A stretch of DNA of 63,481 bases, counting the filler, from Octopus bimaculoides (taxonomy: Eukaryota): assembly GCF_001194135.2 (NCBI RefSeq). It is 6 parts of 5 records of this genome, joined end to end, with 100 filler letters (N's around TTAATTAATTAA, not from the genome) between each part and the next. Parts side by side here need not be neighbours in the genome. Positions count along the whole stretch, not along the records: positions 1 to 29,884 come from NC_068982.1; 5 more parts are not named here. One strand, given 5' to 3'. The notes beneath the pieces are model-generated. The model was not told where the DNA came from. It did no database searches and worked only from the letters and a program-made list of their open reading frames with translations. Position 1 is the first letter of the stretch. The number at the start of each line of letters is the position of its first letter. This document shows positions 1-11,360 of the stretch, piece by piece. The translations under genes and the position numbers were made by a program.

Positions 1-859
1 AGTTGCGGCAGAATACTACTGTTTCTGTTGCTTCATGTTTTCCATTTTCGAATGTAATTTTATTTACTAAAACATACTTAATTTTAACTCCCATTATTTC
101 TCTTTATTGAATTTTTCATTGATTAAAAAAAAGAATAAAGCTATTGATCTGATTTACTCGGAGTAAATTATAATTCTTGAAATTTTCTACATTCTAAAAC
201 TAAGTTTTTCTTCGAATTCTGTAAATTTTGTACATGTAGCAGAGCCGTAAAAGATAATTGACATTCTTGGAAATGAGATAAAAAAAAAAAAAAGAAAAAA
301 AAAGAAAGAAACGGTATCATAAATGGTGTATCTATATTTTAACATTTGAATAGAAGATTGTTAAAAAGAAACCTGCCTGATATAACAATTCGACTAATTC
401 GTCGCAGTATTCTGTGCTAATTTGTTTAGAAGTGTACAATGTAAAAGGGGCTTTTGGAGAATAACGTACAATACATATCATTGGGGAAGAATACATCTTA
501 ACGAAATTGTTTACACGCAGATTAACATTTATTCTTCTTCAGTCTTACATAATTTTCACTCAAGTCTCATTTATGAAATGCTATTCTGTAATCAGCATTT
601 ATTATGCATTTATTCATTTTAGTCTATAATTATTGTCAATGACTAAATTCACGATGATTTTTCTGCTTAATTCTAGATGTTTAAAGAGTTCAAGACAGCT
701 GACAAAATATGTTAAAAGCGAAGCTAATAATTCTAGCAAGTCTCTTCTTTCTTTCTTTCTTTCTTTCTATCTATCTATCTATCTAGAGATAGATCAAAAG
801 ATAGACAGAGAGAAAGAGAAAGTGAGAGTGAGGGAGAAATAAAGAAAAATAAAGATACA

Positions 860-881
860 TAGAGAGAGAGAGAGAGTGAGA

Positions 882-922
<41 letters not shown>
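860..922. repeat. (GA)n microsatellite
   Basis: Direct reading of the GA dinucleotide run. Confidence 0.95.
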
Positions 923-923
<1 letters not shown>

Positions 924-3031
924 GAGGAAAACCTACGCATTTACCAGATTTCGTGTTTGTAGTAGTTAAAAGAACTTAATTTAATAAGGAAAATAAAATG
1001 GTTTTTCAGACAGCCTATTTGCAGTTCACAAAATTAGGTTTTCTATTATTGATTAGACAATAAAAAAACGGAGAGAAATCAGTTATTTTAAGAAATACCA
1101 ATATTGTTAAAAATTGAATGTCACAACCGTAATCTAATGTTGCAGTTTTAATATCTCATATACTTTGAAAATATTTCCTTTGGACCGTAAAACTGGAGAA
1201 AAAAAGAAAAAAGAAAAGAAACATTATTTGTTGTAGATCAATACCAGATGATTTATGATATAGTTGTTTTCTTGCGAAAGTCAAACATCAAAGATATAAC
1301 TTCCTTTTTTCTTTTTTGGTCAAATGAAATTATTGCCGTGAAACCACTGAAAATATTGTCTTATCTGTCTTTAACTGTCTTTTGTCATTGAATTCCCGAA
1401 CAAATAGAACTTCTCTCTTATAAATGGAGAAGGTATAAACCTTACATTTTAAGAAATAGAAAATTATTTGTGATGTCTAAAGCGTCTGCTAACAAAATTA
1501 GCAACGAGAGTGAAAAAATACCTTTAAGTGAGGACGGAAATAGGGTCTTTGACGCAGGTCGCCTCGCCATTTCTTGACTAAGCACAAAACCAGTTGTAGT
1601 TGGTGAAGAGTTACTATCAAGTATGTATTTATTTAATCCCTTTTGGTGGGATTAAAGGGGAAGAATCACGGGCAGGATTTAAGCCCCCAATATACAATAA
1701 CAAATTTAAATACTACATGCATCAAAAGGATGACAATGATTCAAATTATGCAATAGAAGTAGCTCTAGAATAAAGTTTAAAAAAAAATCTATATGGTATA
1801 CCTAATGTGTGTGCGTTGTTGAAAAACCCGATGCTACAGTTTTCGTTCGGAATTGACTCGAGTACGTGACACTAGCAATACGCGAAAACAGCGAAATGCG
1901 TATATGTCATTCTCGCGATCACTTCCGTTAAGTACGTCATAAAATGATAATGATATTTATAACCAAAAAATAAGTAACATTTGTATAATATGTTATATTG
2001 TAACAATATATTATAATGATATTCAGTGATCTTTGTCGTAAGTTTTCGATGACCTGAATATCTGTATCTGGAAATTTCTCCTTCAATTTTTGTGGAAGAC
2101 TATCAAAAAAAAATTATTGAAAAATCATTAAAAAAGATTATTTAAACATTAAATCCTGTTTGCTAAGCAAACTCATGTTCCCTTATACATAAACGAGATA
2201 TGAGCTTGTAAAGCATACATTCTATGCAACCTTTGTGTTGTGTTTTCTTTGTTATATCTTGTGTTTTGTGCTTTTGCTTAATTAAAAGACGGAAGCCTTA
2301 CTCTCTATATAAGCAAACCACAAACACACAGAAGACTGTGTCACGTTCAGCATTCCGAATGGTTCTACTTGTATCAATTCAATAATTAATTTATGCAATT
2401 TCATATTATTTTGAATCTGTTTTGCATCGCCCTCGAAATTACGAACAGCGAGAAATCTATGAAGTATCGATATCGTAGAATTCGTGACAACACCAGGAAA
2501 ATAATTGTCTCTTCTTTAATTTCATTCCTTGCAATTCTCAAAATCAGTCTCAGCCTATTTTTGTATTAATTTTTCTGTTGCTAGTTACGTTCACTTGTAA
2601 ACTTGATATCTCCAGAATGACTTCTATTGATTTCTCTGTCTTAGAAAACTCTAGCTTAATGCCTTTGACACGTGATCAAAACGAGACTTCTGCTGTTATT
2701 CGTCAACATTGTTTTAAAGTTTATTCAAACACGGCGCTTGATAAATGGCGTCCTTCTTATGCAGCGAAACTGTTAAGGGTTGCCAAGGCTGCTTTCTGCT
2801 GACCAAATTACATTAAAATTCTATACAAGTGTCTACTTTTTCCTTCGTTTGTTGCAGCTACTAACTTATATATATGCACACAGACACATACACAAATACA
2901 CATAGACGTACATACGCATACACATCCACACATGCAATGTTATAATTACGGCTATTTTTAATTGATAACATGATATTCCTATAGAAAAAATTTTGTAAGA
3001 TGTATGTACCATTTATCTCTAATTACGTAAT

Positions 3032-3843
3032 CTTTTACATTTTATCTTTTAACTGTTTCGGCCATTAGTCTGCGATCATGCTGGGGCACCACCTTTAGTC
3101 GAGCAAATCGACCCCAGGACTTATTCTTTGTAAGCCTAGTACTTATTATATCGGTTTCTTTTGCCAAACCGCTAGATTACAGGGACGCAAGCACACCAGC
3201 ATCAGTTGTCAAGCGACGTTGGGGTTACAAACACACACACACAAACACACACACACACACACACACACACANNNNNNNNNNNNNNNNNNNNNNNNNNNNN
3301 NNNNNNNNNNNNNNNNNNNNNNNNNNNNNNNNNNNNNNNNNNNNNNNNNNNNNNNNNNNNNNNNNNNNNNNNNNNNNNNNNNNNNNNNNNNNNNNNNNNN
3401 NNNNNNNNNNNNNNNNNNNNNNNNNNNNNNNNNNNNNNNNNNNNNNNNNNNNNNNNNNNNNNNNNNNNNNNNNNNNNNNNNNNNNNNNNNNNNNNNNNNN
3501 NNNNNNNNNNNNNNNNNNNNNNNNNNNNNNNNNNNNNNNNNNNNNNNNNNNNNNNNNNNNNNNNNNNNNNNNNNNNNNNNNNNNNNNNNNNNNNNNNNNN
3601 NNNNNNNNNNNNNNNNNNNNNNNNNNNNNNNNNNNNNNNNNNNNNNNNNNNNNNNNNNNNNNNNNNNNNNNNNNNNNNNNNNNNNNNNNNNNNNNNNNNN
3701 NNNNNNNNNNNNNNNNNNNNNNNNNNNNNNNNNNNNNNNNNNNNNNNNNNNNNNNNNNNNNNNNNNNNNNNNNNNNNNNNNNNNNNNNNNNNNNNNNNNN
3801 NNNNNNNNNNNNNNNNNNNNNNNNNNNNNNNNNNNNNNNNNNN

Positions 3844-3878
<35 letters not shown>

Positions 3879-3960
3879 TTGCCCAAGATGCCACGTAGCG
3901 GGACTGAACCCGGAACCATGTGGCTTGTAAGCAAGCTACTTACCACATATCCACTCCTGC
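3032..3960 (-). mobile_element. tRNA-headed SINE, family A, spanning an assembly gap at its internal microsatellite
   Basis: 3' half (3032-3232) and head (3876-3960) match the reverse complement of the complete copies at 52106 and 58290. Confidence 0.8.
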
Positions 3961-3974
3961 ATATATATATGCAC

Positions 3975-4133
3975 ACGACAGGTTTCTTTCAGTTTCCGTC
4001 AACCAAATCCATTCACAAAGCTTTATAGCCTGAGGCTATAGTAGAAGACTCTTGCCGAAGATATCATGCAGTGGGACTAAACACAAAACCATGTGCTTGG
4101 TAAGCAAGCTTCCTACTACTCAGCCACGCCTGC
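3975..4133 (-). mobile_element. SINE family A, 5' half
   Basis: Reverse complement matches the family A head (gcaggcgtggct...cccactgc...ttgacggaaactgaaagaa). Confidence 0.75.
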
Positions 4134-4141
4134 ATAATATA

Positions 4142-5437
4142 CGAGGTGGTATCAAAACATTCCTGGACTAATTCTGTTTAATAAAAAATAACTTATTTAC
4201 TTAAGTTTTAACATCATCTCGTTGGAAATAGTCACCTTGCGCGGCAGTAACTCGTCCCAGTGTTCCTGCGACTTATGGAATCCGGCCTGGAAGTCGTTTT
4301 CCGTAAGTGAATCGAGAATCTTCTGCGATTCGCTCTTGATCTCAACAACGGTGTTAAAACGACAACCTTTGAGCTGCATTTTCATCTTGGGAAATAGATA
4401 GAAGTCTGCATGTGCTAAATCTAGCGAATAGAGTGGGTGGAGAAGCGATACCATGTTGTTTTTGGCAAGAAACTCACGAGTGAGGAGAGCTTGGTGACAG
4501 GATGAATTGTCGTCGTGAAGAATCTAATTCTTCGCGCTGCGCAGATCCGGTCGCTTTCGCCGATTGTCCTCTCTCACACACTTCAAAACGTCATAGTAGA
4601 ACTCTCGATTGATGGTCTGACCTTGGGGAACGAGTTCCCATGCACAATACTGCAGATGTTGAAAAAAGAGATTGAGCTGCAGCTCTGTCGTGCCTTCTTC
4701 GGTCGTGGAGATGAAGGGCTCTTCCATTGTGACGACAGCTGCTTCGTCTCAGGGTTGTACCTATAGACTCAACTCTCGTCAGTGGTGATGGTCCTCGACA
4801 TGATGGATGGGTCATCAGAGGCACGCTGACGGAGATCTTCACCGACTTCGACGTGATGCTCTTTCTGCTCAGTAATCAGCAGGCGATGGACAAACTTGGC
4901 AGAGACACGCCACATGTTCAATCATGACATTAGGATTGCCTGCACGGACTCATACGACAGACCAACAACATCAGCAATGTTGTTGAATATCCTCCGATGA
5001 TCTTCATGCACAAGCTGATGAATTTTTTCCACATTTCCAGGGGTGACGCTCGTAGTAGATCTTCCCAATTGCTCATCGTCTTCCAAGGTCGTCCTTCTGT
5101 TTGTGAGGCGCCCGTGTCACTCGAAACATTGCGAGCGATCCATTGCGAGCGATCCATTGCATCTCGCCGCAAGCTTGCCGAAGCATGCTCAATGTCTCTG
5201 TAGCAGACTTCACAATTTAACGCAAAACTTCATGTTGGCGCTTTGTTCCTGTCCATGACAAAATCGCAGACTACAACATACACAATCACAATCACAACTT
5301 GCAAAGTAAACACAGCGATGTCACTCCGAACACTGCCTCACGAAGATCACTGCTAGCCCTCACTGCGCATGCAACCGTGTGCTGCCATCTGTCGGTGCGC
5401 TAAAGAACTAGTTCGGTAACATTTTGATATCACCTCG
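4142..5437 (-). mobile_element. Full-length but decayed mariner (Tc1/mariner) transposon
   Basis: Imperfect ~34-bp TIRs (cgaggtggtatcaaaacattcc / cgaggtgatatcaaaatgttac), TA at both ends (4140-4141, 5438-5439), 1296 bp. Frameshifted transposase pieces include ELVPQGQTINREFYYDVLK..RRKRPDL and HPLYSLDLAHADFYLFPKMK (YSPDL motif variant). Confidence 0.93.
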
Positions 5438-6144
5438 TATGTTTTAAAATGAAAAATATTAGCACGTCTGAGAAAAACAATTGTAAATGTTTAAATCGGA
5501 TGTCTTGTTGCTAATGATGCTTTTATAAATCAAAACCCTCTTTATAGTCATTAATTTAATTTACTGAGAAAACATACAATTTTTCATAAACAAATTTTAC
5601 ATAAATTATCAAAGTTTATCTTGTTTAAATTTATATCTATCAAGTTTTATTTTTAGCTGTAATGTTATTTCTTCTACATTCTTGTAATTAAATTTTTAAA
5701 ATGTCTGCAACTTATACAGCTGATATTTCGAGTTGAAATAATTTAAACTCTAACGAATATCCTTCCCTTGTCCTATAATATCTCTTTCTTGAAAGGTCAT
5801 TGAAAATTCTGTGTAGTAAATGGAAATCTAAGGTGGGAGTAAGAGTTATCTTCTCTTGTTCATGCGGGGAAATATTTTTGATATGCAGTTTGAGTTTCTA
5901 TATTTTGTAATTATGTTCTAGAAATCCACTGAAAATAAAATAAGTAGAATAAGTTTCTTTACTCAAATGAAATTTCCATTAGTCAAGAATCTATTTTGCA
6001 AAAAATGATTAAAACGAAACACGGATAAGTTAACAGTTTTAAGTACAATTATTGTCAAATGATTTTTCAAAAGTGCTTTTCTTTTTGAAATTTTGATATA
6101 ATATTGAGTTTGAATTTCACATATATGCATATATGTATGTAAAT

Positions 6145-6181
<37 letters not shown>

Positions 6182-6925
6182 NNNNNNNNNNNNNNNNNNN
6201 NNNNNNNNNNNNNNNNNNNNNNNNNNNNNNNNNNNNNNNNNNNNNNNNNNNNNNNNNNNNNNNNNNNNNNNNNNNNNNNNNNNNNNNNNNNNNNNNNNNN
6301 NNNNNNNNNNNNNNNNNNNNNNNNNNNNNNNNNNNNNNNNNNNNNNNNNNNNNNNNNNNNNNNNNNNNNNNNNNNNNNNNNNNNNNNNNNNNNNNNNNNN
6401 NNNNNNNNNNNNNNNNNNNNNNNNNNNNNNNNNNNNNNNNNNNNNNNNNNNNNNNNNNNNNNNNNNNNNNNNNNNNNNNNNNNNNNNNNNNNNNNNNNNN
6501 NNNNNNNNNNNNNNNNNNNNNNNNNNNNNNNNNNNNNNNNNNNNNNNNNNNNNNNNNNNNNNNNNNNNNNNNNNNNNNNNNNNNNNNNNNNNNNNNNNNN
6601 NNNNNNNNNNNNNNNNNNNNNNNNNNNNNNNNNNNNNNNNNNNNNNNNNNNNNNNNNNNNNNNNNNNNNNNNNNNNNNNNNNNNNNNNNNNNNNNNNNNN
6701 NNNNNNNNNNNNNNNNNNNNNNNNNNNNNNNNNNNNNNNNNNNNNNNNNNNNNNNNNNNNNNNNNNNNNNNNNNNNNNNNNNNNNNNNNNNNNNNNNNNN
6801 NNNNNNNNNNNNNNNNNNNNNNNNNNNNNNNNNNNNNNNNNNNNNNNNNNNNNNNNNNNNNNNNNNNNNNNNNNNNNNNNNNNNNNNNNNNNNNNNNNNN
6901 NNNNNNNNNNNNNNNNNNNNNNNNN

Positions 6926-6986
<61 letters not shown>

Positions 6987-7849
6987 ATGTATGTATGTGT
7001 GTTTATGAATCTGTTTATAAACAGATATACATATATGTATATATGTACGTATGTTTATTCATATCTATCACAGGAAAGGTCGATTATTTGTGCAACAAAT
7101 GTGAGAAAAAATCCTGAATAAAAAGTAGTTATGTCATATTTGACAGAAACTGAAGTCGCGTTATTACGACTCAATATTTTAGTTTCCGGTTTCTCTGGTA
7201 GTAATGAGGTTAACAATGAGCATAAATTTATATACAAATGATTCAACTCACCTTTGAAATGTCGCAAAATATTGGAAAATGTATTTGTAATTTGATTGTT
7301 TTTTTCTGAATTCTGTCGAGATAACATTCGCAAAAAATATGCAGAAAGTACGCTTACGGATGTAAAATATTGAATTCGAAAAAAACAGAAAATCAAATAA
7401 CTCGAAAAAGGGAATGAAAGAAGAGAAATGGAATAGAATTAAAAAGAGTGACAAAAGAAGTAAAAGGTTTACAACTATCATGCAATGCACTGATAAATAA
7501 AAATACTATATGAACGATGCATGTAAATGAAAAACATAAAATACAGTTGAGAAGAATAAAAGGAAAGAAAGAAGAAAGCAAATAAATAAATAAAGAGACA
7601 GAAATAGCACAATTATATATGTAAATGGAAAAAAGAAAGAAAGAAAGAATTCGCGAAGAAAATGTAGGATAGAGAAAAAAAGAAAGGAATAGATGTTTTT
7701 GAACAGTCATATAATTGATTTAATATGCTATACATACGAACATTTAAAGACATTAAATATAAACTTATAAAAGAACAAAATTGCTTACGAAAATTATAAA
7801 TGTCCGGTGATATGGAATAGAAAACTACAAGATTTTAAATTATATTCAA

Positions 7850-8293
7850 CGATGAGCCTGCATTTTAATTCTTGAATAGAAATGAGAGTTTGCGTCAGTA
7901 ATATGACGTTAACTCTGTGTTTCTACTGAGTATGTTTCTGCTTCTCCGAAATTGTTACAATTCAGAGACAAGTGTGCCGATTATAGGCTTTTTACATGGT
8001 TTAAAATTTCCCATCTGGTGTCGAAATTTGTATTGTGGTTATTTATATTCCAGTATATTTTTAGAAATTAATGTCTACTCGTCTGATCGAAGGTTATATG
8101 TTTGAAAGGCTTTTCAGTCAGAGAAATTTAGTTCTTAATAATCAACTCAATCACAGTTAAAACGTTTACGTGAAGCTTTAAATAATAATTTGGGAGTACT
8201 AGAGAGTTAATTTTTATAGAACTGGTGTTAAATATCCTTCGTTAACTGACATGTTTGGAGAAATGTTAAAGAAGAAAGTTCCCAACATTTCTC
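7850..8293 (-). pseudogene. Decayed Penelope-like element, linker and GIY-YIG C-terminal region
   Basis: Hand translation across stops and frameshifts gives NVGNFLL*HFSKHVS*RRIFNTSSIKIN and NFDTRWEILNHVKAYNRHTCL, resembling the PLE thumb/linker and post-GIY-YIG motifs. Confidence 0.55.
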
Positions 8294-8689
8294 NNNNNNN
8301 NNNATATATATATAATTGTTAAAGAGGCAAGGCAAACATCTCAAATCATATACATTATTATTATTGGAAAAAAGATTCTAAGTCTTACAGCTGTTTCTGG
8401 GATATCCCAGAGTATGGGATATTCCGTCATCGGAGACAAATGGGGAAAATGAGAAGGGTATAGATTAATGAAATGACGACATAGAGGACAGGAGTAAAGG
8501 AATAAGGAGATGAAGGAAGAGAAGAAAAAAAGAAGCATAAAAGTTTACAGTTCAACTTTCCGATCGTGTAGAAGTAAGTCCGCAAGTCCTTAGGTGCAAT
8601 CCTGTATAAATTCATGGAGATTAAAGTCCTGATGGTGTAAATAATCATAAGAGTAAGTGAACTCCTTTTAATCCCAAGGATTATTTTTC

Positions 8690-8830
8690 AATAAGACATT
8701 TTTAATAACAATACCTAATTCAATTTTAGTTGGATTGATAAGCTTGGTCGGTGGATTATTAAAACAAAATAGCTTAATGGTCCTTATAGGTGATATATGG
8801 TTTGCGAAGTACTAAAATTTTAACCCTGGC
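8690..8830 (-). pseudogene. Decayed Penelope-like RT fragment
   Basis: NNPPTKLINPTKIELGIVIKNVL resembles the PLE RT motif (CRLINPAKSELG type). Confidence 0.45.
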
Positions 8831-9078
8831 TTCTATATTTCATTCAGTTTCAAGTACTAGAATGTAGTGCGTTGTTACTATTAGTTGTAATTTTTTTCTT
8901 TCTCTCTGTCTGTGTAATTAAAAATTAGCACTAAACTTAAGGACTCACGAGGCGTCAAAGTTATTTAGAAATAGGAGTCAAAATCCCAAATCCACCACCG
9001 AATATAACGTTATTTAAAAACCTGGAACCACCTATATTATCATTAGTTATTGTTATTAATTACTTATATTCACTGCAG

Positions 9079-9429
9079 GTGTGAAGGCGCATGGCTCAGT
9101 GATTAGAGCGTCGAGCTTACGATCGTGAAATGAGATTGTGAGTTCGATTCCCGGACCGGGCTGCGTGTTGTTTTCTTGAGCAAGACACTTTATTTCACGT
9201 TGCTTTAATTAGCTATCTGTAGAAATGAGTTGCGACATCACTGGTGCCAAGCTGTATCGGCCTTTCCCTTTCCTTTGGATAACACCAGTGGTGTAGACAG
9301 GGGAGGCTGGTATGCATGGGCGACTTCTGGCCTTCTACAAACAACCTTGCACGGACTTGTGCCTGGGAGGGTATCTTTCTAGGTGCAATCCCATGGTCAT
9401 TCATGACCGAAGGGTGTCTCCTCCTCCTC
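9079..9429 (+). mobile_element. tRNA-headed SINE, family C, with 13-bp TSD
   Basis: A box tggctcagtga, B box gagttcgattccc; TSD atattcact(g/a)cag at 9066-9078 and 9430-9442. Confidence 0.9.
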
Positions 9430-9595
9430 ATATTCACTACAGATAATGTTAACAATAATAATATCTTTCTTCGAATGTTTACATTCGAATTTTACTCATA
9501 AATACTTTTGCACCGAGGCGGGCTGATTTTGGTGTAAAACAAGTCAGAACGTTGATAGATGTTCAACGTAACGGATTTAGAATTTTTCCTCGGCG

Positions 9596-9654
9596 ATTCA
9601 TGCTGATGAGGGTTGAGGCCTGCGGGCCAGAACCCGAAACCATAGTACATGAAT
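9596..9654 (+). ncRNA. Type I hammerhead ribozyme motif
   Basis: Stem I ATTCATG/CATGAAT; core CTGATGA 9603-9609; stem II GGGTT/AACCC; GAAA 9636-9639; stem III AC-CATA-GT; triplet GTA, predicted cleavage after 9647. Confidence 0.85.
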
Positions 9655-9974
9655 ATCTGAATGACATAATCTTTAATGGTATGTTTTTAATTGTTTAATT
9701 TTTTTAACCGTACGCTCGCTTACTGTTGTCTCTGTCATATTTTGGTGCTTTCGGTGGTGGATTTGGGATTTTGACGCCTATTTCTAAATAGGTTTGATGC
9801 CTTGTGCGTTCTTAAGCTTAGTGCTAATTTTTAATTTTAATTTATAGCTATATAATACTATTTAAAAACTTGGAACCACCTATATTATTATTGTTATTAT
9901 TATCAATTACTTATATTCACCACAGATAATGTTAATAATAATAGCTTTCTTCGAATGTTTACATTCGAATTTTG

Positions 9975-9978
<4 letters not shown>

Positions 9979-10051
<73 letters not shown>
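9979..10051. repeat. (TA)n microsatellite
   Basis: Direct reading. Confidence 0.95.
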
Positions 10052-10053
<2 letters not shown>

Positions 10054-10069
10054 GAAATATACGAAATAT

Positions 10070-10704
10070 ACCAAATAACTTGCTTCAGGAGCCTTTTCAC
10101 TGACGCTAACTTTACTCACAAAGCTGTCCTATGTTTCTTCTGAGATTCCAACAGCCTTAAAAAAAATCTGCACTCTGACTTTTCATATGACTGTGATTTG
10201 TTGTGAAGTGTCTTTTTAGTTTAGCTGGGGCCATTGTTGCATTTGATAGTTGTTTGCCACAGACGACACACAATGGAATAGGAGAGCTTGGATCACCGGT
10301 CCACGTGAAGCCCATTGATAAGCAACTTCGATTGTAAAGACGGATCTTCTTTCTTTCCGTTGTTGAACTACTAGTGCAGTGGAATTGGTCAGGAGCTTGT
10401 GGCTCTTCATCACTAACATCCGAATTTACTGAATGCTTCTTCTTCAAAAACCGCCATATAGAGTTAGGTATTTCTGTAAAAATAAAGAAAAAATTACAGG
10501 GTGTCCATAAATTACAGAAATCACCAAATATATCCCCAATGGTTGTTATATTTTTTGATAACATAATAGGTTAGATAGGATGATACAATATTACAATAAA
10601 CAATAATATGTTGTGCATGTATAGTAATATTACGATCATGAAATTAGCATTAGCTTATCTTACTCTTTCTCTCGGAACCCCTGGGAACCTTTTGAGCAAC
10701 GCCG
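10070..10704 (-). mobile_element. hAT (Buster/Charlie/SPIN-like) transposon 5' fragment with BED zinc finger
   Basis: ORF 10157-10564: GFTWTGDPSSPIPLCVVCGKQLSNATMAPAKLKRHFTTNH (CxxC...HxxxxH). Continues after a frameshift as KRLLESQKKHRTAFVSKVSVSEKAPEASYLV. Putative TIR-like end cggcgttgctcaaaaggttccc near 10704 is tentative. Confidence 0.85.
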
Positions 10705-10722
10705 GGTGGCTCTGCTGGAAAT

Positions 10723-11200
10723 TTCTTTGCTGCTTTGGACAAATGTTTTCCTAAATCTAATCGGTATCATGCTAATTTTAATCGGCACACGGTGAACCTA
10801 TCCTACGGTAACTCTGCTAAATTAGAGCAGCTTATGCATCGCATAAACAGTAACAAAATGCGACAAAGGTTCAATAATCCACCAACTAGATTTAGTGAAC
10901 ATACGCATCAAAATACTAATAAAGGAGTTGTAAACCGCAATGAAAAACATCAATTACAGCCAAATTGTAATAGTAGAAATACGATAGATGCTCATGCAGA
11001 GAAAAATCAAAATGTCAATTGATGAATCTGTGTATTAGTACAAATCTTGTATATAAATGTACCGTGCACACAAGGGGAGGGCTGTATGTTTACATTGGGC
11101 AGACGGCTAATTCATCTAAGAATCGTTATCGTAACCATGTCGCCAGCTTTAAGACAATCAGTAAGAGGCATTCAACATCTTTGGCCGTTTATGTTCCGAG
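10723..11200 (+). pseudogene. Penelope-like element, linker and GIY-YIG endonuclease fragment
   Basis: DKCFPKSNRYHANFNRHTVNLSY...CNSR, then VYKCTVHTRGGLYVYIGQTANSSKNRYRNHVASFKTISKRHSTSLAVYV (VY..YIG GIY-YIG signature). Confidence 0.85.
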
Positions 11201-11274
11201 GAATCCCTGTCTATTCTGTGGAACAACGTTGAGTGTCCTGAACCAGTTGTTGTTGTGTGTGTGCGTGTGTGTAT

Positions 11275-11286
11275 GAGAGAGAGAGA

Positions 11287-11358
<72 letters not shown>
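11275..11358. repeat. (GA)n microsatellite
   Basis: Direct reading. Confidence 0.95.

Positions 11359-11360
<2 letters not shown>

Larger units (their letters stand above)
8916..9980 (+). repeat. Partial tandem (~480-bp unit) hammerhead-bearing repeat with an inverted 5' segment, interrupted by a SINE
   Basis: Direct repeats 9011-9078 plus 9443-9500 versus 9859-9980; 8916-9002 is the inverted copy of 9750-9836. Confidence 0.8.

Noticed and set aside
2578-2802. 74-aa ORF in non-repetitive sequence
   Set aside because: No recognisable motif on either strand; length expected by chance
3202-4028. Long ORF-track entries made of X, YI, HT, CV, ER, NNN or LLL runs (here and throughout)
   Set aside because: Translations of gaps and microsatellites
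9079-9160. tRNA-like sequences at SINE heads (also 36791-37170, 52106, 59211-59520)
   Set aside because: A and B boxes continue into SINE bodies and do not fold into complete cloverleaves; not tRNA genes
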